Shown: positions 21,600 through 34,746 of the stretch, in pieces
Layout of the letters: each line of letters opens with the position of its first letter
Numbering within the stretch: position 1 is the stretch's first letter
Source of the DNA: Macrostomum lignano
Lineage: Eukaryota
Direction of reading: 5' to 3'
Assembly: GCA_002269645.1 (NCBI GenBank)
Contig: NIVC01001275.1
Span: 62,001-126,000 of the forward strand
Length of the DNA: 64,000 nt
Translations under genes and position numbers: made by a program
The notes under the pieces: model-generated
Told to the model about the DNA's origin: nothing
Databases searched by the model: none
Seen by the model: the letters and a program-made list of their open reading frames with translations, nothing else

Positions 21600-24093
21600 A
21601 TGCCATTCTACCTGGAAGACTACGAGGTGGAGTTGTACGCCACGATTGGGGAGTATCGAGCGCACAAGTGGCTGAACTGGGTTGCCAGCCCTGCCCTGTT
21701 CTGCATTGGCACAGCGGGCAACGTCCTGCTCATCTGGTTGCTTCTGCCAAACTGCAAGGCTACAGCCACGTACAGGTATCTGGTGCTGCTCGGGCTGCTC
21801 GACCAGATGGTCCTGACGTCCGGCCTGCTCAGCCGGTGGCTGCAGCACGCCTTTGGCTTCAGCCTGGAGCGCACGGGCTTAGTCGCATGCCTGACTAACA
21901 AGTTCGCGTCGTACTTTGCCAGCACATGCTCAGCGCTGCTAATTGGCGTGGTCTCGCTGGAACGAGCACTGGCGATTCGCAGCCCGCTGCGAGCGGCCCG
22001 CATGCAGTCCGGCCGGCGGCTTCGCCTGGTCATGTTGGCCGTGGTGACGTTCAGCCTGCTGGCCAACTGCCACTGGCTGTTCATCCTGGACCATCACTAC
22101 GTTTCAGCGTCAGACGACGACGTCAACTCCACCAATGCCAGCTTCGAGGCCTACCCGATGTGCGACATTCGCGAGTCGGCCCAACACCTGAGCAGCATTC
22201 TCAGCGTGGCTGACGCCGTACTGTACTCGGTTGTGCCGCTAGTTGTCATCTTCACCTGCAACGCCACCACCATAGCCAAACTGCGACAGGCTCGGCTGCG
22301 GCGCCTGCGGCAGCTCAGCGCTGTCGGTTTGGACGAGACCGCGCCTGGCGTCTCCGCGACCAAGGTCAAAACCAAAACGACGAATTCGCGTTCGCCGGAA
22401 CTGGTGCACTGGAGGGCAGGAGGAGCGCGAAATGGTAGGTTGAGCTAGCTCACGGAAATTCAGTGCACTGGGACAACTTTGACTTCTTGAAGAAGTCGCA
22501 GTTGAGCACAGCTTCATAATGACCACTGCTTCTGAGAAGAAGCTAAAATGCAACGCTTTCTGGGTATTGAGGAGCCGGGAGGTCTAATAGTTGATGGGAT
22601 TCTCGAACTCAACAGTCTGTTGAAAAAAAGAAAGAAAAAAAAACTGCTCTTTCACATCGATTGCCAAATCTGGATCCAGAGCAGGTGAGCCAGAGAGCCA
22701 GTGCTCTAGACGTCCCCGAGATTCTTTGATCCTCATATCGAGAGCTGATCAAAGCACTGCCTGCTCTCTTTTGTGCCCGAGTGCAAAGTCAGTGAGCAGG
22801 TGCAATATAGTGCCCGAGTGCAAAGTCGGTGAGCAGGTGCAATATAGTGTCTTCGGCTTAATGTAGAGATTTTTATTTAAAGTCAGGTAAGCTGCTTACT
22901 CGACAATGCAAACTCGTCTCGCGGCAAGATTCCGTAGGTACGTCCGGTTGTGCGAAGGTATTCGGAACGCACACAAATCACTTGGATTTATCTAATTTTC
23001 AAGGCTTAATTAGGGGCAAAAACGTCAGTGTGACATGCAGTTGATTCACAAAGTTAACCATAGAATTTGAGCGAAGCTTACAAAACTAATTGAAGCCAGA
23101 ACAATAATTGCCATATCTATCTGCCAATTTGATGTCAGAAAAAGAGACGGAAAGGCCAAAGTGCGCCTCGGCCTCTGCACAAAGCCCAGCACTTCAAAAG
23201 TACTTTTCCAGACTAACTTGCAGGCAGAATGGCTGAGCATGGCTCTAGACTTACCCTCATTTTTCGTAGATTTGCTCAAGGGAGAGAAAAAAGGGGCGCC
23301 CCTAAGATGAGCTCGAACGAACACCCACTGGCACATTCCCAGGCAAAGTGACCGCCGATGCAGAAGTGACCGCCCCGCTGGGCGGCAGCAGCAGCGGGAG
23401 CGGAAGTCGGATCCGTGAACTGGCGAACGTTAGCGTCTGCGGCAGCGGCGTCAGCGGCGGCAGCCACGTACGAAGCCCATGAACCGTAGGGCGAGCGTAC
23501 AACAGGTGACAGTGCTCCTGTTGTCAATCTCAACCTTCTACCTGGTGGCGTCGCTGCCCGTGGCCCTGCTGAAGATCCTCACAACAATCGCAGGGGTCAT
23601 CGACACGAACGCCGTGAACTCGGACTATCGAATGTACTCCCAGTACAGACTGGCCGAGACCATCACCTACCTGTGCATGTACTCGAATCACGCGGTGAAT
23701 TTTTTTCTTTACTGCGCTTCCGGTCAGCGCATCCGGGCGGAGCTTCGGTCTCGACTGTCCCGCTTGTGCAGCTGCAACAAGAGCCGAAGTCGGCGGCATC
23801 GGCAGCAGCGCAGGTGGCGGCAGCAGTACCCGCAACGCCACGGTTCGGACGTACCTCAGCAGCGACAGCAGCAGCAGAATCAGGGCGAGGAGCTGCCACT
23901 GATGCAGATGAAGCAGTTGGAGCAACGAGACCAGCTGCTCAGCATAATGGAATCTCCGGTAGCCGAACACAAGGAGCAACAGCAAAATAAATTTGCGGCT
24001 GTGCAGAAAGAAACAAAATTTGCAAATTCTTTTCACCTGTGCCGATCTCCAAAATTGGCCAAGTTTCCAGGGGAGAGGCATAACAGCAACTGA
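21600..24093 (+). CDS. Second class A peptide-type GPCR; proposed exons 21600-22434, 23343-23467, 23506-24093
   Basis: TM1 SPALFCIGTAGNVLLIWLL, TM2 YLVLLGLLDQMVL, TM3 VVSLERAL, TM5 LYSVVPLVVIFTCN, TM6 VTVLLLSISTFYLVASLP, TM7 NHAVNFFLYCASGQRIR. The donor AATG|GTAGGT matches the acceptor CCCAG|GC in phase 1. The last junction needs either a 38-nt intron or a frameshift and is uncertain; an upstream exon is possible. Confidence 0.85.
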
Positions 24094-24957
24094 AGTGACT
24101 GTTTCAACAGTGTCAAATGTGTCTTGTAAGTGACTGTTGCAACAGTGTCAAATGTGTCTTGTAAGTGACTGTTGCAACAGTGTCAGCAGAAGCAAGAACG
24201 TTTGATGTTTGAACGTTTTTGTCTCCACCTTTTTTGAAGATGTCCAACTTCATGTTAATGCACCTGACCTCGTCCCAGCAGAACACCCGGCCCAACATCT
24301 GTTTCTTGGTTCTTTCTTAGAACCAGTCTGTGTATTTTTGTTTCATCACAAGTCGCGAATTATTTATCCACTGCCTGTTGTTTTTCTCGTCCTGATCAAA
24401 CGCTTATTAACACTAAAGGCTGTATTCGTAGTCCCTGGCACGGCCACTGCTGCTAAATGAAAATATATTTATAGTCACAAAGAAATCTTGTTGCTTTGTA
24501 TTTTCCGCTTAAAAAGAATTGAAAGCGAATTATTCAGATCGATGCCTGGATAAAAAATGGGGCTGGCTGATTTTTTCTACTGAAAAAAAGAATTTCAGCT
24601 CGGCTCTGCCAATCAATGACGTTTGGCACCGAAAGACCGGCTTGTGTTCGAATGAGGGGTGGGTAGGGACCGAGCTGGACTATTGGGGCCCGAACCACGC
24701 CCTTTCCACCATCGGGTTTTGACTGAGAGAGACTCATCACCGCGAGCCGATCAACAGTAACTCGATATCGACTGTGACATCTCACTCCCACACTCCCATC
24801 TCTGTTGAGGGGTGCCTGCCACATATATAAAGCCTGCAATAATGCAAGGCTGCAAATCTCCCTGTCGAATCTCTGTTCGGAAGTCTTCATTCTTTCAATA
24901 TTAGATCACAGCATTGTTGGTTGAATTCCAGGTAGGAGTTTCATTCATCCATTTGTC

Positions 24958-25960
<1,003 letters not shown>

Positions 25961-25965
25961 GCTGG

Positions 25966-26110
25966 TCTACACGCCCACACAGGCTGTACAGCGGTCCTGA
26001 CTTTCTAGTCGTCAGGTATGTACACTCTCTGTGTGCCTTGGGGGCCATGACCCTCATGGTTTCGAATCGCACGAAGTGGCCGAACCAGGGGTCGTGGCGT
26101 GAGAGTCAGA
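25966..26110 (+). mobile_element. Dispersed hairpin element copy directly after the (TTAG)n array
   Basis: CACACAGGCTGTACAGCGGTCCTGACTTTCTAGTCGTCAGGTATGTACACTCTCTGTG. Confidence 0.7.
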
Positions 26111-26844
26111 TCACTTTACCTGCTCTTACCCTATCAAAGCATCAGTCCCCCCCCCTGTCTTGATGGCTGCGGATTCAAGAGAATCCAGACACCCATGGTT
26201 TACATATACCAATAGTATCAAATTAGACTACCAGTCCAGAGCGTCCTTGAAGTGCTTTATGTTTTTTATTTACTATGACAGGGACTTATCAAATCCTATG
26301 AGAGCGTACTCAAACCATGGTGCCACTATAAAAAAACAGTGCGCCATTGTTTTCCATCTTCTATAGCAGGAAGCTGGCAGTAAACAGACCGCAGATGGAG
26401 CTATTTAGCTAGCTCTCCTGGCAGCTGGGGCAATAGGATGATGGAACGAATATATAGAGCAGGCGGATCCGGTCTGGAAAACGAATCACTAGGCAGTTAT
26501 TAAGCTGCCTGCCTTTTCGTGGCTACCCGGGTATATTGGCTATAAGCTATAGAAAATAGACTAGCAATCTGCGCCCCCCTCGTTGGGGATGGGGAGGCAA
26601 CAATGAAAGCAATAAAATATTTTTAATAAAAACACCTACACGTGTAGGTTTTGACCTTGTACAGTCGCTATTGTTTGTATCTTAAAGAAAATGATGTTTA
26701 GAGCAACAAAGCATCTCTCAGCCCTGAAAGCCAGCTATCTAGCCTAAGATACGTGTATCAGAACCCTCTGTAAGCATTGGCAACAGAGCCTTCCTTGAAG
26801 CCATAGCTTAACCCTAACACTCCTTTTGATGTTTGGCCTAACAA

Positions 26845-27520
26845 CAACTCCCAATTGACCCTTGACATCTCAGCAACTCCCAGCATGAGTCTTGACTTCT
26901 CAGCAACTCCCAGCATGAGTCTTGACTTCTCAGCAACTCCCAGCATGAGTCTTGACTTCTCAGCAACTCCCCCCAATTGACCCTTGACATCTCAGCAACT
27001 CCCAGATATCAGCATTGCATCCCAGATGTTGCTGACATCTCAGCAACTCCCAACTCATCTCCCAGCATGAGCCTTGACTTCTCAGCAACTCCCCCCAATT
27101 GACCCTTGACATCTCAGCAACTCCCAGATATCAGCATTGCATCCCAGATGTTGCTGACATCTCAGCAACTCCCAACTCATCTCCCAGCATGACCCTTGAC
27201 ATCTCAGCAACTCCCCCCAATTGACCCTTGACATCTCAGCAACTCCCCCCAATTGACCCTTGACATCTCAGCAACTCCCCCCAATTGACCCTTGACATCT
27301 CAGCAACTCCCTCCAATTGACCCTTGACATCTCAGCAACTCCCCCCAATTGACCCTTGACATCTCAGCAACTCCCCCCAATTGACCCTTGACATCTCAGC
27401 AACTCCCCCCAATTGACCCTTGACATCTCAGCAACTCCCCCCAATTGACCCTTGATATCTCAGCAACTCACCCGGCCATGAGCCTTGACATCTCAGCAAC
27501 TCACCCCATGAGCCTTGATA
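26845..27520. repeat. ~30-32-bp minisatellite (TGACCCTTGACATCTCAGCAACTCCCCCCAAT) with a duplicated composite block
   Basis: Read directly from the sequence. Confidence 0.9.
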
Positions 27521-27931
27521 TCTCAGCAATTTCCCAAACAAACCTTCACATCTCAGTACTTCCTTCCTTCATGAGCCGCAGCACTTCAGCAACCCCCAAC
27601 CCCCCAAGAGTCTTGACATCTCCGCAATTACCCCCCAAGGCCAGAGATTTTCAGCGATCCACGCCCCAAGTGAGATATTAAAAGACATTTTCGACAACTT
27701 GGAGCACCGCAGTGTCTGACTAAGCAATAGATCAAAGCTCCTAACAAAAAGTTCACCGAATTTTTGACAGATAAAAGTGCAAACAGCATCTATTCGCTTC
27801 TGGTATGCAACCATCCCCTAGGAACTGCCACTTCGAACAGGAGGGGGGGGCTTTTGACCGAGCCTTGCACGCAGCCACGCAGCATTTTTAATCGCCTACC
27901 CGCCCTTTTCAGCGGACCAACACTAGTGTGG

Positions 27932-28350
27932 CAGACGGATCAAGAGTCAGACGGATCAAGAGTCAGACGGATCAAGAGTCAGACGGATCAAGAGTCAGAC
28001 GGATCAAGAGTCAGACGGATCAAGAGTCAGACGGATCAAGAGTCAGACGGATCAAGAGTCAGACGGATCAAGAGTCAGACGGATCAAGAGTCAGACGGAT
28101 CAAGAGTCAGACGGATCAAGAGTCAGACGGATCAAGAGTCAGACGGATCAAGAGTCAGACGGATCAAGAGTCAGACGGATCAAGAGTCAGACGGATCGAG
28201 AGTCAGACGGATCAAGAGTCAGACGGATCGAGAGTCGGACGGATCAAGAGTCAGACGGATCGAGAGTCGGACGGATCAAGAGTCAGACGGATCGAGAGTC
28301 GGACGGATCAAGAGTCAGACGGATCAAGAGTCAGACGGATCGAGAGTCAG
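27932..28350. repeat. 16-bp minisatellite (AGTCAGACGGATCAAG), ~26 copies
   Basis: Ends 10 nt upstream of the InaF-like ATG. Confidence 0.95.
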
Positions 28351-28360
28351 GCCAGCCAAG

Positions 28361-28594
28361 ATGCACTTCCCAAAGCAGAAGCTGAAGGCGGAAAACACAG
28401 CAGACGGTGCCGACGACCCCGGGCCGCAGGACAGCCTGGCGCGCCGGCTCGGCCAGAAGGCGATCCGCCTGCTGACGGTGGGCGCCTACCTGACCGCCAT
28501 CCTGTCCGCCTCAGTTGTCATGGCAGTCTACTATTGCTGGATGTGGTCGCCAAATTTCGTCAATATAACTGACACTGACCCGAATTCGCTTTGA
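28361..28594 (+). CDS. InaF-motif small single-pass membrane protein (77 aa)
   Basis: MHFPKQKL...KAIRLLTVGAYLTAILSASVVMAVYYCWMWSP resembles, by recall, the InaF motif (RLxTVxAY...S....LAxYY...WxP) of Drosophila InaF and vertebrate INAFM1/2; GC-rich codon usage like the other exons. Confidence 0.7.
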   Translation: MHFPKQKLKAENTADGADDPGPQDSLARRLGQKAIRLLTVGAYLTAILSASVVMAVYYCWMWSPNFVNITDTDPNSL

Positions 28595-29384
28595 ACCGGA
28601 GCTGAACGGAACGGGGGGTTAATGACTGCTGGGATTGGGGTGGGGTGAGTGTACGCGGCAATGTACATTGTCGCTAATTACTATTGGTCCTCTGCCTAAC
28701 CACACGGCCACCTCACTCCGCACGCCAGTTATCAGCTGGTCTCTGATTGGCTGTCGGCTCAGAGAGACAATCAGGGGATGTGAATTTGTCTATCGATTTT
28801 TGTGAGTCTGAGTCTAAGAAACTTGAGTCAAAGAAGCTTAGAGTTTGGAACTTAAGCGTTAACAATATTTTTGTAGAAAGTTTTGTATATCTTGCGGAAC
28901 GAGAAGTTTATCAGAAAATTATTAGATAATGAGAGCTCAGACTGCAGTCATGCACTGGTTGGATACAAACTTTTCGTTATGGAATTCAAGCGGGTTTTAT
29001 TGCTACAAAAGCTGACTTTTGAACGAACTGCATAAAATGCAGTCAGACTTGACACCTGCTTTACAAATTCTGTAAAATCGTATTTGTGGTAAATGAGCTG
29101 TACAGACAAAACAACCCCAAGGCCATCCCAAATGAGAGTTGTGTTCGTCTTGATTCTTGAGGCATAATCCTGGTTGAGTCTTATTAAGCTGTTTGAGTCT
29201 TACCTTCAATTTGACAATTCATTTTCATTTAATAAATTTATGGGCTTAGAAACATCACACACTTAGCGCTCTGAAATTAAAAGCTTTTTGCTGATTGCTT
29301 CAGAAATTTGCATGCATTTTGTTGATTAATTCACATTATACTAATTAGACAGACTAATTAGACTTGATGATTAAGCGGCCCGTG

Positions 29385-30408
29385 TATGTTATGAGTGGCT
29401 CATGAGTGCCTTATATCTGTCATGAGTAGCTCATATCTGTCAAGAGTGGCTCATGAGTGGCTCATATATGTCATGAGTGGCTCATGAGTGGCTCATATAT
29501 GTCATGAGTGGCTCATGAGTCGCTCATATCTGTCATGAGTGGCTCATGAGTGGCTCATATCTGTCATGAGTGGCTCATATCTGTCATGAGTGGCTCATGA
29601 GTGGCTTATATCTGTCATGAGTGGCTCATATCTGTCACGAGTGGCTCATATCTGTCACGAGTGGCTTATATCTGTCACGAGTGGCTCATATCTGTCACGA
29701 TATCTGTCATATCTATAATAATGGCCAAAATATACGTCATCTCTGTCATGAGTGGCTCATATCTGTCATGAGTGGCTCATATATGTCACGAGTGGCTCAT
29801 GAGTGGCCCATATCTGTCATGAGTGGCTCATATATGTCACGAGTGGCTCATGAGTGGCCCATATCTGTCATGAGTGGCTCATATCTGTCATGAGTGGCTC
29901 ATATCTGTCATGAGTGGCTCATATCTGTCATGAGTGGCTCATATCTGTAATGAATGGCTCATATCTATCACGAGTGGCTGATATCTGTCATGAGTGGTTC
30001 ATATCTGTAATGAGTGGCTCATATCTGTCATGAGTGGCTCATATCTGTCATGAGTGGCTCATGAGTGGCTCATATCTGTCATGAGTGGCTCATATCTGTC
30101 ATGAGTGGCTCATATCTGTCATGAGTGGCTCATATCTGTCATGAGTGGCTCATATCTGTCATGAGTGGCTCATATCTGTCATGAGTGGCTCATATCTGTC
30201 ATGAGTGGCTCATATATGTCACGAGTGGCTCATGAGTGGCCCATATCTGTCATGAGTGGCTCATATATGTCACGAGTGGCTCATGAGTGGCCCATATCTG
30301 TCATGAGTGGCTCATATCTGTCATGAGTGGCTCATATCTGTCACGAGTGGCTCATATCTGTCATGAGTGGCTCATATCTGTCATGAGTGGCTCATATCTA
30401 TCATGAGC
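29385..30408. repeat. 20/12-bp palindromic minisatellite (TGTCATGAGTGGCTCATATC)
   Basis: Each unit contains ATGAG-TGG-CTCAT. Confidence 0.93.
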
Positions 30409-30834
30409 TTGCTTCTTTTAGCTATGTCATTTTTTTGTACTAAAATTTCGGCTCCAGTCCAGATGCCAAACCCCAGTTGTCCTTGTGTGGATAATAAAGT
30501 TAAAGCTTTTTTACATTGGCTTTAATCGGAATTTGTCCAATTCTAGATGATTTTTTCAGGATGCCAGATATACTGCCGCAGCCCCAGCATCTAATTGCAT
30601 TTTATTGCATTTTACTGTGCTCGGGGGGACCACCGGATTCGCGCCAGTATTGGCCCATTACTATTTTATCTGGCTGAGAGGTCTGTGGTAGTTCGTGCAA
30701 GAACTCGTGCAAATTCAAGTTCCAATGTAATGGACGGAAGGGTGCCGCATGCTGGGGCGGGGGAAGGCGCGCGGAAATGGCTGCCAAGAGGGGAGAAAGG
30801 CAGGAGAGGTGAATGAACGTGTGCCATTAAGCAT

Positions 30835-31520
30835 GAGCTAGAGTGGAGTGAATGGCCGAGTGAGAGAGTGAATGGCCGAGTGAGAGAGTGAATGGCGGAG
30901 TGAGAGTGAATGGCGGAGTGAGAGAGTGAATGGCAGAGTGTGAGAGTGAATGGCCCAGTGTGAGAGTGAATGGCCCAGTGTGAGAGTGAATGGCCCAGTG
31001 TGAGAGTGAATTAAGGAGGTGAGAGTGAATTGAGGAGCGAGAGAGTGAATGGCCCAGTGTGAGAGTGAATTAAGGAGGTGAGAGTGAATTGAGGAGTGGG
31101 AGAGTGAATGGCCGAGTTTGAGAGTGAATTGAGGAGTGAGAAAGTGAATGGCTGAGTGGGAGAGTGAATTGAGGAGTGAGAAAGTGAATGGCTGAGTGGG
31201 AGAGTGAATTGAGGAGTGAAAAAATGAATGGCCGAGTGGGAGAGTGAATTGAGGAGTGAAAAAATGAATGGCCGAGTGGGAGAGTGAATTGAGGAGTGAA
31301 AAAATGAATGGCCGAGTGGGAGAGTGAATTGAGGAGTGAAAAAATGAATGGCCGAGTGGGAGAGTGAATTGAGGAGTGAAAAAATGAATGGCCGAGTGGG
31401 AGAGTGAATTGAGGAGTGAGAAAGTGAATGGCCGAGTGGGAGAGTGAATGGCCGAGTCGGAGAGTGAATGGCGGAGTGGGAAAGTGAATGGAGGAGTGAG
31501 AGTGAATGACAGAGAGTGAG
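30835..31520. repeat. 20-bp purine-rich minisatellite with a 40-bp higher-order period
   Basis: AGAGTGAATTGAGGAGTGAAAAAATGAATGGCCGAGTGGG is repeated at 31200-31400. Confidence 0.9.
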
Positions 31521-32019
31521 AGGGAATGGCAAAAGCTGCTTGAATCTGCTTCCACATGAGCCCCTACTGCAGGCAACCAGATGTGTTTGCCGCTTGTCGA
31601 GGCCAGACGGTCCGGGCTGAGTGGCCGGCTGTTTACAGCGGCAGCTTGGCCAGCGCAAAAGTTCTTCCCGATATTATTAGCCAGGGAAAAGGAGGATCTC
31701 ACAGTTGCTCGGACTGAGATAAAGTCGGCGAAAAAAGTTCTGTCTACTGCCAAGGCCTGACTGGCTGCTCAAGATCCGAAAGATGACGGGCGAGGCTGAG
31801 GGGAGGCTGGGGCGAGCGCGCAATTCCGAGATGGGGAATCGGCAGCAGCTTGGTGGGAAGTGACGACTTGGGGATATTCTCGGGAGAGGGAAGGGTAGAA
31901 AATATGGGATGTGGATGGGCAGGGGGATTAGAAAGAGGGGACAAAAGATACCAAATCAATCGACAGTCACCACCACAGAATACTGAGAAAAATCAAAGAG
32001 GCGAGATAAACATCAGCGA

Positions 32020-32570
32020 AAAATCTTCAGAGAATTCAGAGAGAATTCAAAGGGAAATCTGAGAGAATTCAGAGAGACTTCAGAGAGAATTCAGAGGGAA
32101 ATCTGAGAGAAACCAGAGAGAATTTAGAGAGAAACCAGAGAGAATTTAGAGAGAAACCAGAGAAAATTCAGAGGGAAATCTGAGAGAGTTCAGAGAGAAT
32201 TTAGAAAGAAATCAGAGAGAATTCAGAGGGAAATCTGAGAGAGTTCAGAGAGAATTTAGAAAGAAATCAGAGAGAATTCAGAGGGAAATCTGAGAGAGTT
32301 CAGAGAGAATTTAGAAAGAAATCAGAGAGAATTCAGAGGGAAATCTGAGAGAGTTCAGAGAGAATTTAGAAAGAAATCAGAGAGAATTCAGAGGGAAATC
32401 TGAGAGAGTTCAGAGAGAATTTAGAAAGAAATCAGAGAGAATTCAGAGGGAAATCTGAGAGAAACCAGAGAGAATTTAGAGAGAAATCAGACGGAAATCA
32501 GACGGAAATCAAAAGAAAATCAGAGAGAATTCACAGAGAATTCACAGAGAGAAATCTGAGCGAGTTCAGA
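32020..32570. repeat. AG-rich repeat with a 55-bp higher-order unit
   Basis: ATTCAGAGGGAAATCTGAGAGAGTTCAGAGAGAATTTAGAAAGAAATCAGAGAGA, about 5 copies. Confidence 0.88.
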
Positions 32571-33563
32571 GAGAAGCTGGAAAGAAAGCTGGGAGGTGAT
32601 AAAAATTGTTTCAGAGAAATGTAGGAAATAAGCAGAAAATGCGAACCAAAAACACACAAGTTAGCAGCCATTGAAATAAAAGTACAGGAACTGCGGAGAG
32701 CTAGGTCTGGCACGCAAGCTTTTCATGTCGTCAGTTGCGAGTGGAAACTGAGCACCATTCAAAACCGACATGGAACACGAACAGAGCTAGCACGCCGATA
32801 CACTGTAATTACAGACACGCACACAGGCTTTGGCTTTCGCTGAGCCAAGTATTGCTAGAAAATGAATTTGCGTCATTGCTGAAACTAGTTGAGCGATTCT
32901 GTCAGCACTTCTGAGCTAGTGCGTCTGATGAGACAAATACCTACTACTTCAGTTGAACCGTTGTTTATGAATGGCTTTAATGAGGCCCTTGAGCGAGATT
33001 TGTAATTTTAATCTTTCAGCGTTTCATTTGGGTTAATATTTTCATCCAAATATAGAAGGGCTTTATGATAGTGCTGTTGTCAGTACTCGTACTGATTCAT
33101 TGATATTCATTTGTTCACTCACTACCATCTGCTTCGCAATGACTTCCTTTTTCTCTTTTAAATCACTGCTCAACTACGTGTAGGAAGTTTCTAGAACTTG
33201 TAAAATTCTAATGCGAGGTCAGGTTTCAAGCTGTTTCATAAGACTTGTTTTCAGCAATCAGCAATTTGCTTTTCTGCTCCCGGGCACCATATGCTAAATA
33301 GTTTTCAAGCGAGGAGTCAGCAATGAATAATTTTACAATAGAAACTTTCATTTATACAACAGCTTAAAACGCCCACGGAGTCAACAGCTGGTGCAAACGA
33401 CTCTTTCTAAGACACAGCGCTCACTGTTACTAAAGGCGCTCTCGTCACTGATTCTTTTTATACTCTAGCGTAGCTCAACACAACGCAAAACTACTCAAGC
33501 TCAACCGAGAAAGCCTTTTGACGTATTTCCAAGAGAGCAGTCAACACTGACAACATTATCCAG

Positions 33564-33974
33564 ATGAAGACTTGTACAACAGCTGCACTGCTAACTGCCG
33601 CAGCTCTGATGCTCTGCAGCTTGGCCGTGGCGGTCCCGCTGGACTGTCCGATCAATCGCCACGCCGACTGGGAGATCATCGCCGGCAAGAACATCAGCCA
33701 GCTGCTCATTAACATCAAGCTGAGCAACGGCAGCTGCGTGGAGGTGCACGATCAGGGCACGCCGACTACTTTTACAACTTCGCGGGCCCGCGGCTGCACC
33801 TTCTGCATCGAGGGCCACTGCGTCCCGGTGCCCCGGCTGCCCAGCCCGCCAACCTGCGACTCTGTGCAGGGCCCTGACTGCGGTCAGTACTTCACCGCCA
33901 AGGGCAATCGAGCTGCGCCCTGCGCGGATGCCAACCCGCTGCTGTCCAGCCTCAGCCTTGCGGGCAAGAAGTAA
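33564..33974 (+). CDS. Intronless secreted cysteine-rich protein (136 aa; signal peptide, 8 Cys in the mature part, C-terminal GKK)
   Basis: Hydrophobic N-terminus MKTCTTAALLTAAALMLCSLAVA; GC-rich, exon-like codon usage against AT-rich flanks; AATAAA at ~34127. Confidence 0.8.
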   Translation: MKTCTTAALLTAAALMLCSLAVAVPLDCPINRHADWEIIAGKNISQLLINIKLSNGSCVEVHDQGTPTTFTTSRARGCTFCIEGHCVPVPRLPSPPTCDSVQGPDCGQYFTAKGNRAAPCADANPLLSSLSLAGKK

Positions 33975-34444
33975 ACATGGCGCATTGACTCCGGGTGAAG
34001 GGTGCAGACAGTGTGACAGTGGGAACCCGACAGCTGACTATGTAGTACTATATTTATTGACAACTGATAATTAACTACATGTATTCCAGTCCAAAACAAG
34101 CGGTAAATAATCAATTATTTTATTTCAATAAAAATTGACTCCGGGAGCAGGATACACTCCGCTCCTGTGAATATTAGAAGAATGATGAATGCAGAAGCCG
34201 GTGAAAACCAGGCAAGGTACGCGCGCACTCGAATGCAGAGAAGGTCGAAGAGATTACTGGACGCGATTCTGCGATGAAGCTTTCAATTTCACTGATTTGA
34301 AATCCATTGTGAGCCTCACGCTGCGAGCCCAATGATTAGTGAGGGAGGGAGGGTGACGCATATTATAAAATTCATTTGCCTGTTGTTCGCAAACAGGAAG
34401 GCGAGCTTCCGTGTTGTCGGGCAATTGGAAAGTCAATGACAGAT

Positions 34445-34482
34445 AAGGGTCAGACAAAGACAGACAGACAAACAGACAGCCA

Positions 34483-34517
<35 letters not shown>

Positions 34518-34604
34518 CTAAGACAGACAGACAGACAGACAGACAGACACTAAGACAGACAGACAGACACTAAGACAGACAGACAGACAGACAGACAGAC
34601 ACTA

Positions 34605-34637
<33 letters not shown>

Positions 34638-34746
34638 CTAAGACAGACAGACAGACACTAAGACAGACAGACAGACAGACAGACACTAAGACAGACAGAC
34701 AGACAGACACTAAGACAGACACTAAGACAGACAGACAGACAGACAC
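34445..34746. repeat. (GACA)n with repeated CACTAA interruptions
   Basis: Read directly from the sequence. Confidence 0.95.

Noticed and set aside
32920-32960. CTGATGAG hammerhead-like core (also at 53135)
   Set aside because: No GAAA and no flanking stems in the required arrangement.
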